Shown here in pieces: positions 6,559 to 12,636 of a stretch of DNA of 46,324 nucleotides. The translations under genes were made by a program, and so were the position numbers. A model generated the notes under the pieces. That model saw only the letters and a list, made by a program, of their open reading frames with translations, was not told the DNA's origin and made no database searches. Position 1 is the stretch's first letter, and the number at the start of each line of letters is the position of its first letter. Source of the stretch: a virus. The stretch lies in IMG/VR virus record IMGVR_UViG_3300005844_000013. One strand, 5' to 3'.

Positions 6559-6590
6559 CCCATCGGCATCTTATTCTCCGGCCCGATGGG
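6559..6590 (-). promoter_or_regulatory. Candidate operator/promoter: perfect 8-bp inverted repeat CCCATCGG-N16-CCGATGGG enclosing a TAAGAT -10-like hexamer (- strand)
   Basis: Seen ~85 nt upstream of the acidic-protein/Arc pair. No good -35 was found, so the promoter assignment is tentative. Confidence 0.3.
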
Positions 6591-6873
6591 GCACACGTAC
6601 AGCAGTTGCCGCCTTATACGCGCGTTCTTTTTGAAGCGTGCCTTTTTGGACCGGGGCGCTGGTCGCTAGAAGAGGGAATGCAACCCTCAGCACGGGATCT
6701 ACCACCCGCTCGGAGCCCGGGAAGACCGGCGAGGAGGCCGGAGGAAGGCGCTTTCGTTGGCGACTGCTCAGTATCGCTTGGGGTTTCGGCGCAAGAGATG
6801 AAAACCCGCCGCGCGGGGACGTGTGTTATCCTTTTTCCGCGATTCGTTCTTTGACTGGGGCGATCGAGACCTA

Positions 6874-6913
6874 GGCCGGGTGAGTCTGTTCCGCTCCCCG
6901 GCCTTACTTTTTT
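6874..6913 (+). terminator. Intrinsic-terminator-like hairpin on the + strand (antisense to the flanking operon)
   Basis: GGCCGGG, a 16-nt loop, CCCGGCC, then TTACTTTTTT. No + strand protein gene ends here. Confidence 0.4.
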
Positions 6914-6981
6914 CCCTCCCGCGCTGACGATCATTCAGCCGTGAAGAGTGGCGCACCACCGTTCACTCCGTCAACTGTGCG

Positions 6982-7021
6982 TTTTGCCACACGTTGGGGC
7001 ATTTCTCCACACTTTGGGGAT
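6982..7021. repeat. Two tandem 20-bp direct repeats (ttttgccacacgttggggca / tttctccacactttggggat)
   Basis: 15 of 20 positions are identical, with 20-bp periodicity. Located immediately downstream of the Dam gene stop. Confidence 0.6.
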
Positions 7022-7031
7022 TCTTGGGACA

Positions 7032-7433
7032 CTACGCGCCGAAGAGCAAGAGAACGCAGTCAACCGGCGAGGTGTGTTTGTTCCCGACGAACTTCGGCTT
7101 TCCGAGGAAGAATTCAACTCGGGCGCCTAGGCTCAGCGCGCGGTGAAACCATCGGGCATTCGTTCGCGCCGGTACGAGCAAGCAAGCGAAATCAGCGGTC
7201 TCCGCAAGCTCCACGAACGGACGGATGTTCGACCATGGTGGATTGCAGAACACGCGCTCGCCCTTCCACGGCAGCGGCCTCGCGAACGTCGATGCGTGCT
7301 TCAGCAGACGGTTGTGTCGCTCGGCTGCGCCGTCCATCGTGAAGTTGAATCGGGCGTGCAGGCGATCGAACAACTCGCGGGGCGTCTGGTGAGTCTGCCG
7401 ACGCGCACCCTGATACCAATTGACGTAGCTCAT
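7032..7433 (-). CDS. dam: Phage-type DNA N6-adenine methyltransferase (Dam family)
   Basis: 133 aa. Motifs TPRELFDRLHARFNFTMDGAA and catalytic NPPW (FCNPPWSN) in the order typical of the small phage Dam family. No restriction partner nearby. Confidence 0.85.
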   Translation of the reverse strand: MSYVNWYQGARRQTHQTPRELFDRLHARFNFTMDGAAERHNRLLKHASTFARPLPWKGERVFCNPPWSNIRPFVELAETADFACLLVPARTNARWFHRALSLGARVEFFLGKPKFVGNKHTSPVDCVLLLFGA

Positions 7434-7486
7434 TTTTCACGGGCCTGCCAGATCACCGGCGGGCTCTTTCCTTTTAAGAAGCGTGC

Positions 7487-7996
7487 TTAGAGCAGCGTCT
7501 CAGACTTCTCACCGATCAGGTCAGCGAGTCCCTTCACCACCGCATCCGGTGGATTGCTGACCTTCGTGAGCGTCACGTGGCCATCGTCGAACGTGTACCC
7601 GTTGCGATACCCCTCGGTGCCGCTCATGGCCTTCGTGGCGACGTGGTAGCGCACGCGATGCGGCAGCGAGGTTTGATGTGTATCCTCATCGATCGCCGTC
7701 ACGACGTAGAAAAAGGAGTAGGTGCAGCAGTCGCCGAAGCAATTTCCGTGGCCCGGCTGGCTCCCTTTGGTGGACACACCGCCAGGCTCAGGCTTTCCGC
7801 CAGCAGCCACTTCGGGATTGGAGATCCAAGCCGGATCACCGTTGAACCAACCGAACCCTGATCTTCCGGTAACGACGTCGCCGACCTTGAAGCGCGGACT
7901 CATTCGCTTGGCCCTCGCTTCACACTCTTCCGCTTCGGCCAGCGTCGGGTATTCGGTTTCGCATACACCGCACAGGTAGATCGTTTTGGTTTTCAT
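7487..7996 (-). CDS. Hypothetical protein (N-terminal CxxC, 169 aa from MKTKTIYLCGVCE...)
   Basis: Track ORF trimmed to ATG 7996, which is preceded by GAGGAGAAGACG. Confidence 0.6.
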   Translation of the reverse strand: MKTKTIYLCGVCETEYPTLAEAEECEARAKRMSPRFKVGDVVTGRSGFGWFNGDPAWISNPEVAAGGKPEPGGVSTKGSQPGHGNCFGDCCTYSFFYVVTAIDEDTHQTSLPHRVRYHVATKAMSGTEGYRNGYTFDDGHVTLTKVSNPPDAVVKGLADLIGEKSETLL

Positions 7997-8006
7997 CGTC
8001 TTCTCC

Positions 8007-8216
8007 TCACTTCCGCCCCGAATGCGGCGCCCGCTGGTCGATGTGGTGGCTCTCGCGCTGCACAGCTCGTAGGAGCCGCGCATTCTCAGCCTCCAGGACA
8101 GCCACGCGATTGGACAGGAGCAACAGGAGCCACAGGAAGGGCCGGCCGATCGGCGCGTCTACGGGCGGCTCTGCGCGTGGCGTAGCGATCGGGACGGCTT
8201 TTAGGGGAGGGTTCAT
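8007..8216 (-). CDS. Hypothetical protein with a hydrophobic/coiled-coil centre (69 aa from MNPPLKAV...)
   Basis: Track ORF 8007..8363 trimmed to ATG 8216, which overlaps the stop of 8213..8416 (ATGA). Confidence 0.5.
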   Translation of the reverse strand: MNPPLKAVPIATPRAEPPVDAPIGRPFLWLLLLLSNRVAVLEAENARLLRAVQRESHHIDQRAPHSGRK

Positions 8217-8416
8217 TCGCCGATCGCCTTTCTGTGTGCATCGAGGGCGTTGCGCGCGACGGTCCTGCACCAGTTGTACCCGTTGCTGTCCGCGATCTCC
8301 GTCAAGGCAGCGACCAGCGCGGCGTTGCGGCCTTTCAGAATTTCGATAGTTACAGCCGCCCACTCTGCATACTCCTCGGCGCTCAGCGGCTTCGCGGTTT
8401 CGTCGTCAGGCATCAC
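8213..8416 (-). CDS. Hypothetical protein
   Basis: 67-aa ORF with ATGA overlaps at both ends. Helical, acidic composition. Confidence 0.65.
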   Translation of the reverse strand: MMPDDETAKPLSAEEYAEWAAVTIEILKGRNAALVAALTEIADSNGYNWCRTVARNALDAHRKAIGE

Positions 8417-8724
8417 TCGCCTCCCTTCGCGGCGTTGCGCTTGCCAGCGATGAGCACGCAGCCGCAGGATGGAGCGAGCACTTCGCCACCACCATCACGG
8501 AGCGCCGTTCCGTGCTCGCAACGCGGCAGCGGATGATGCGCATCAACGTAGACGGTAGCGGCCTTCAATCGCTCAACAGGATCAGTAAGGATGCGGCGGA
8601 ATTCAATGACCGCAGCAGGCACGCTTGGATGCGCACCTCGCATCTTGCGCGGATTCTTAGGGAGGAAGGCGCGGTCGATCAACTCCAGCAATTCGCGCGG
8701 CATCAAAACAGGAACTTCGATCAT
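8413..8724 (-). CDS. Hypothetical protein
   Basis: 103-aa ORF with ATGA overlaps at both ends. Confidence 0.65.
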   Translation of the reverse strand: MIEVPVLMPRELLELIDRAFLPKNPRKMRGAHPSVPAAVIEFRRILTDPVERLKAATVYVDAHHPLPRCEHGTALRDGGGEVLAPSCGCVLIAGKRNAAKGGE

Positions 8725-9059
8725 CGCCCATCCTCCCTTTCCGCCTGCGCCACAAACGGGTGGTAGGCGAACACGCGACCGAGGCGGCTATGAATCGGAT
8801 CGCGCGCGGGCAGATTGCAGACGTCACGGACCCATCCCTGCATGCGCTGGGCGCAGAGCGAAGGTTCCAACCGCTCCGCCTGCGCGTCGGGCCCGAGAAA
8901 CTGCTGCACGTGCTCGGCGTGCTCTTTGCGAGCGCCGGTTGCGGTGATCGAATACGACAGCTTCCATCCGCATGAACAGGTTGCGCGGTAGAGCATTTCG
9001 CGACGCGCCTTGTCGACGCGTTGCGACTTCAGCGAGAGGGTGTGGGGCTCGGTGGTCAT
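8721..9059 (-). CDS. Hypothetical protein with a CSCGW...H..H motif
   Basis: 112-aa ORF with ATGA overlaps at both ends. Confidence 0.65.
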   Translation of the reverse strand: MTTEPHTLSLKSQRVDKARREMLYRATCSCGWKLSYSITATGARKEHAEHVQQFLGPDAQAERLEPSLCAQRMQGWVRDVCNLPARDPIHSRLGRVFAYHPFVAQAEREDGR

Positions 9060-9196
9060 GGGCGTCTCCGATTGAAGAATCTGAACATGGCGCGGGCGAG
9101 TGGTTCATGCGGCTCACGTCGCGCCAAGAGAGACGTTGCTAACGCGCTTCCGATATAACCCATTACTGCCGCCACGAGGAAATGCAACGCGATCAT
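9056..9196 (-). CDS. Small membrane protein, 46 aa (MIALHFLVAAVMGYIGSALATSLLARREPHEPLARAMFRFFNRRRP)
   Basis: Hand-translated; below the track cut-off. ATGA overlaps with both neighbours. One clear transmembrane helix. Confidence 0.5.
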   Translation of the reverse strand: MIALHFLVAAVMGYIGSALATSLLARREPHEPLARAMFRFFNRRRP

Positions 9197-9558
9197 TCCG
9201 GATCTCCTTTGCCGAACAGCGCGTCAATTCGTGCGGTAGTCTCGTCATCCTCGTTCCAGCAGGCCGCGCACATGCTTCCGCGCGCATCGAGCCGCGGGCG
9301 GTCGCTCCCTTCGTGGTACGGGCAGAAGCCCATCGCCACGGTTGCCCGCGCGATGGCCTGCTCGCCGATCGCTGACCACGCCGCGATTCCGTACCGCACG
9401 GCCAATCTGTCGAGCAGCATCGCTGTTTCCTTCGCGATGATCGCGGATGGCGCGTTGAGTGCCATCAGCTTGCCGAGACGCTGGTAGCTCAGTTGGACAC
9501 GAGCCTTGCTCATCTCGTCGAATGACATCGGGGCGTCGGTGTTCACGTCGTTGCTCAT
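9193..9558 (-). CDS. Hypothetical protein
   Basis: 121-aa ORF with ATGA overlaps at both ends. Confidence 0.65.
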   Translation of the reverse strand: MSNDVNTDAPMSFDEMSKARVQLSYQRLGKLMALNAPSAIIAKETAMLLDRLAVRYGIAAWSAIGEQAIARATVAMGFCPYHEGSDRPRLDARGSMCAACWNEDDETTARIDALFGKGDPE

Positions 9559-9713
9559 CGCTCCTCCTCAAAATCCTTGTACGTCCCGGCGCACACGCCA
9601 GGATCGGTACGGACGCTCGTCTCGTCGAAGTGGATGGCGAAGTACCGCTCGCCGTTCTCGCTGTCGGTCTGGATCGGAGTGGGCGACTGGCATACGGGGC
9701 AGGCGGCGGTCAT
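9555..9713 (-). CDS. Small zinc-ribbon-like protein, 52 aa (MTAACPVCQSPTPIQTDSENGERYFAIHFDETSVRTDPGVCAGTYKDFEEER)
   Basis: Hand-translated; below the track cut-off. ATGA overlaps with both neighbours. Confidence 0.55.
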   Translation of the reverse strand: MTAACPVCQSPTPIQTDSENGERYFAIHFDETSVRTDPGVCAGTYKDFEEER

Positions 9714-9889
9714 GAGCGCGCCGCCAGGAAAGCCACAGCGTACGCTTCGAGCAGCGCGTCATTTTTGACGATCACCGAATCCAGACCGAGCCATCCTTCA
9801 ATCAGCGATTCGAGTGTGGCATTCGGCCACAGGGCGGCGTGCTTGGTACCGAGGCGGGTAGCGAGGGCGGTTGCTGTCGTGCTGTTCAT
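9710..9889 (-). CDS. First gene of the leftward early operon; small protein, possibly a Cro-like regulator (59 aa from MNSTTATALATRLG...)
   Basis: Track ORF 9710..9946 trimmed to ATG 9889. That ATG sits exactly 7 nt downstream of a near-consensus -10, so the mRNA would be leaderless. The helix-turn-helix reading is weak. Confidence 0.6.
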   Translation of the reverse strand: MNSTTATALATRLGTKHAALWPNATLESLIEGWLGLDSVIVKNDALLEAYAVAFLAARS

Positions 9890-9896
9890 ACGGAGC

Positions 9897-9925
9897 AACA
9901 TACATTCGGGGGTACGAATAGTCAA
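9897..9925 (-). promoter_or_regulatory. Leftward sigma70-type promoter: TTGACT-17 nt-TATGTT
   Basis: -35 at 9925..9920 and -10 at 9902..9897 on the - strand. ATG 9889 begins 7 nt after the -10. The dyad ATTCG-N6-CGAAT (9904..9919) fills the spacer. Confidence 0.55.
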
Positions 9926-9939
9926 GATGTATTTTGGGG

Positions 9940-9968
9940 TTGCCAAAAGAAACTTTCGGACTTACGAT
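9940..9968 (+). promoter_or_regulatory. Rightward sigma70-type promoter: TTGCCA-17 nt-TACGAT
   Basis: -35 at 9940..9945 and -10 at 9963..9968. ATG 9976 begins 7 nt after the -10. The imperfect dyad CCAAAAG-aaa-CTTTCGG (9943..9959) lies in the spacer. Confidence 0.55.
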
Positions 9969-9975
9969 ATGCGGC

Positions 9976-10161
9976 ATGGAACGAACGCAGAACCTCGGAC
10001 GCCCGCGAATCAGAGGTAAGAACGGCGCCAAGTTGCGGAAACGGAACATCAGCATGTTCGACTACCAGTGGAGCAAGCTGGGCAAGATCGCGCCCGACGG
10101 AGACCGCAGCGCCCTGCTCCGCAAGATGGTCGACGAACTCGGAAGCGAGGCGAAGCCGTGA
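9976..10161 (+). CDS. Ribbon-helix-helix (CopG/Arc-like) transcriptional regulator, 61 aa
   Basis: Track ORF trimmed to ATG 9976 (MERTQNLGRPRIRGKNGAKLRKRNISMFDYQWSKLGKIAPDGDRSALLRKMVDELGSEAKP). Basic N-terminus, a beta strand (RNISMF) and two helices. Confidence 0.7.
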   Translation: MERTQNLGRPRIRGKNGAKLRKRNISMFDYQWSKLGKIAPDGDRSALLRKMVDELGSEAKP

Positions 10162-10277
10162 ACGAAATCCTCATTCCCTGCGGCTGCGTGACAGTGGTTG
10201 TGATCGTTGCGGGCGTCATCGGATGGGCTGGCCTTTGCTTCGCGATCGTGGAGCGATGGCGGCGGCGAAGGAAGTAA
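10158..10277 (+). CDS. Small membrane peptide, 39 aa (VNEILIPCGCVTVVVIVAGVIGWAGLCFAIVERWRRRRK)
   Basis: GTG 10158 overlaps the RHH gene stop (GTGA). One transmembrane helix followed by a poly-Arg/Lys tail. This is the tail of track ORF 10068..10277. Confidence 0.45.
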   Translation: MNEILIPCGCVTVVVIVAGVIGWAGLCFAIVERWRRRRK

Positions 10278-10345
10278 CGAACCGAGCAAAAAGCAGAAGA
10301 GCGCGGCAGTAACCGCGCCCTTCGAACGCAAAGGAGGAATTGAGG

Positions 10346-10537
10346 ATGTCCAGTATTGAACCACAAGTCAGATTCCGTGTCGAGATCACCGTGCAGTCGT
10401 TCGATGGTCAGACGCCCAACGATGAGCGCAGAATCATCTACCTTCAGGAAGTCGAGACCTACCTCCCCGTCGCCCAGGTGATCGCCGCCGTCAACAGTTT
10501 CGAACTCGCCGAGACGACGGCGCCGGAGGTGGGATGA
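10346..10537 (+). CDS. Hypothetical protein (63 aa)
   Basis: AAGGAGG 8 nt upstream of ATG 10346. The stop overlaps the ATG of the next gene (ATGA). Confidence 0.65.
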   Translation: MSSIEPQVRFRVEITVQSFDGQTPNDERRIIYLQEVETYLPVAQVIAAVNSFELAETTAPEVG

Positions 10538-11463
10538 GATCCGAGGCGCTCGCAACTCTCGGCCACGCGCACACGATCGCAGCGGAGTACGACGGCAACC
10601 TCACCGTTCGCCAGCTCTACTACCAGCTCGTCGCGCAGGGGTTCATTCCTAACAGCCAGAAGTCCTATCAGCGAATCGTTTCAATCTTGACGGACGCGCG
10701 GCTCAGCGGAGACTTCCCGTTCGAGTGGCTGATCGATCGAACGCGCGAGGCGCGCCCCGGAAGGTTCGTAGGTAATCAGGATGACGTTGACGATGCGCTG
10801 TCCAGCGCGGCCGATGATCTACGACGGGCGCCGGAGGCGTGGCTGCATCGTGCTCGATGGTACGGACAGCCGACGCACGTTTCCGTGTGGGTCGAAAAAG
10901 AAGCCCTCATGGGCGTGTTCGAGGCGCCATGCGAACGTCTCGGCGTCGCGTGGTTTGTCCTGCGCGGCTACTCCTCGCTGTCGGCGCTGTCGCAGTGGGT
11001 CGACAACACGGCTGAGGCGTGCAGTGAGGGCGACGTCAGGGAAGCGGTCGTCCTCTACTTCGGCGACCACGATCCGGACGGGTGGGAGATCCCGCGCAGC
11101 GCTGAGCGAAACGTCGAGGCCATCGCCCGCGTGCGCGGCATCGATCTGCCGCCCGTGACGTTCGAGCGCGTCGCGCTGCTCGGCGATCAGATCCGGCGAT
11201 TCAAGCCGCCACCGTTCCCGGCGAAGGAGACCAGCTCCCGTTTCGAGTCGTACGTGCGCGAGCACGGGATGACGAACGCATGGGAGCTCGACGCACTCCG
11301 CCCCGACGTGCTTCAAAAGCTGATCGTTGACGGCGTCGAGGCACACTTCGACGAATCAATCCACGAGGAAAATAGCGAGACCATCGCAGAGGCACGAACG
11401 GCGATGCGGGCAAGGATGCAAAAGCCTGCATGGATCAAGGGCGTGCTCGGAGCCGACCAATGA
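10534..11463 (+). CDS. Spo11/topoisomerase-VI-subunit-A-like protein (winged-helix 5Y-CAP plus Toprim)
   Basis: 309 aa. Motifs LTVRQLYYQLV (candidate catalytic Tyr), VWVEKEALMGVF (Toprim Glu) and LYFGDHDPDGWEI (Toprim DxD), in Topo VI-A order. Confidence 0.6.
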   Translation: MRSEALATLGHAHTIAAEYDGNLTVRQLYYQLVAQGFIPNSQKSYQRIVSILTDARLSGDFPFEWLIDRTREARPGRFVGNQDDVDDALSSAADDLRRAPEAWLHRARWYGQPTHVSVWVEKEALMGVFEAPCERLGVAWFVLRGYSSLSALSQWVDNTAEACSEGDVREAVVLYFGDHDPDGWEIPRSAERNVEAIARVRGIDLPPVTFERVALLGDQIRRFKPPPFPAKETSSRFESYVREHGMTNAWELDALRPDVLQKLIVDGVEAHFDESIHEENSETIAEARTAMRARMQKPAWIKGVLGADQ

Positions 11464-12383
11464 CCGCCGCCCTCCTACCCGGCGTCCACCCCAACATCCC
11501 CGCCGCGGAGTACCACGCCGACCCATGCTCCGAACCTTCGTTGACCAGCTCGGGGATCAAAACGCTCCTGAGTGAGTCGCCCGCTGCGTTTGCGTCGCGC
11601 CATCCGAAACTCACGCAATGGCCTGAACTGCTTGACGAGTCCTCGAAGGCGAAAGATTTCGGCACCATCGTCCATTCGCTCGTGCTCGGAGTCGGCGCAG
11701 GATTCCACGCGTGCGACCCCAAGGACTGCCCCGCGCGCACGAAGAAGGGCGACCCGTACAAAAGCTGGGCGTACGGAGCGGCCGAATGGAAGGAAGAGCA
11801 GGAAGAGAAGGGCATCATCATCATGAGCCGCAAGGAAGGCGCGCGCGTCCAGTCCGCGGCCGAGTCCATGATCCGCTTGCTGCGCGACGAATACGGCGAC
11901 TGGCCAATCGGCGACTCGGAAGTCACGCTCGTTTGGCAGCGCGATACCTCGCTCGGACCTATCTGGTGCCGGGCACGCGCTGACCATCTGGCGCTGCGGC
12001 ACATGGTGGTGCTGGACCCGAAGTCCACCGGCCGGGGCATCAGCGACCGCATGCTTCAGAAGATGGCCGCGGATGACGGCTGGCACATTCAGGCGGCGTG
12101 GTACCTGGAAGCGGTGGAAGCGACGCATCCGGACGTTGACCTCGCCGGCCGCCTCACCTTCCGCTTTCCCGTCGTCGAGATGGCCCCGCCGTACCAGGCG
12201 CGCTTCGTTGATCTGCCAGAAGCGTGGATTCACATCGCGCGGCAGCGGAACGACCGCGCGGCGGAGCTGTTCGCGAAGTGCCTTGCGGCGAACGACTGGC
12301 CCGCGTACGCGCCGGTCTGCTCTCCGGAGCCGCCGACGTGGATGCTCACCGAATTTGAAGCTGAGGAGATGCGCGATGTGTAG
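11460..12383 (+). CDS. PD-(D/E)XK exonuclease, RecE/exonuclease VIII-like
   Basis: 307 aa from ATG 11460 (ATGA overlap). Motifs AEYHADPCSEPSLTSSGIKTLL, RADHL...VVLDPKS and QAAWY, in the order typical of the RecE-type PDDEXK domain. Confidence 0.8.
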   Translation: MTAALLPGVHPNIPAAEYHADPCSEPSLTSSGIKTLLSESPAAFASRHPKLTQWPELLDESSKAKDFGTIVHSLVLGVGAGFHACDPKDCPARTKKGDPYKSWAYGAAEWKEEQEEKGIIIMSRKEGARVQSAAESMIRLLRDEYGDWPIGDSEVTLVWQRDTSLGPIWCRARADHLALRHMVVLDPKSTGRGISDRMLQKMAADDGWHIQAAWYLEAVEATHPDVDLAGRLTFRFPVVEMAPPYQARFVDLPEAWIHIARQRNDRAAELFAKCLAANDWPAYAPVCSPEPPTWMLTEFEAEEMRDV

Positions 12384-12636
12384 CGACGATTTCAGCGGGA
12401 CAACAGACGAGTACAGCGCCCGAATGGGAGCCGAAGCCGCTGCAAAGGCGAGCAGTAAATTCAACGACGAAATGTGTGAGCACATGCGCGCCCTCGTTCA
12501 GTACTGCGAGGCCGTCGGCGTCATCTTCGGTGGATGTGGTGATTGCGGTTCGCCATGGCTGACGTGCTCCCATTGCGAGCAGACGGTGGATGACGCTGCC
12601 GAAGTATTCGCGCGCTCCGAGAAGGCCGCGTCATGA
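12376..12636 (+). CDS. Cys-rich hypothetical protein (GGCGDCGSPWLTCSHCEQ zinc-ribbon-like)
   Basis: 86 aa from ATG 12376, the tail of track ORF 12073..12636. Overlaps both neighbours. Confidence 0.6.
   Translation: MCSDDFSGTTDEYSARMGAEAAAKASSKFNDEMCEHMRALVQYCEAVGVIFGGCGDCGSPWLTCSHCEQTVDDAAEVFARSEKAAS

Noticed and set aside
6606-6934. ORFs 6606..6854 (+), 6638..6874 (+), 6614..6934 (-) and 6768..6959 (-) in the Dam/Arc spacer
   Set aside because: All give Arg/Gly/Pro/Ser-rich translations with no SD, and they overlap one another. The region is better described as non-coding and structured.
10301-10318. GCGCGG-cagtaa-CCGCGC hairpin as an intrinsic terminator after the RHH/peptide pair
   Set aside because: It is followed by CCTTCGAACG rather than a T-tract. 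It is mentioned only as a possible processing or attenuation element.
10819-12485. Antisense ORFs 10819..11346, 11435..12052 and 11475..12485 (-) opposite the Spo11-like and exonuclease genes
   Set aside because: Arg-rich shadow frames. The + strand genes carry clear catalytic motifs and ATGA coupling.
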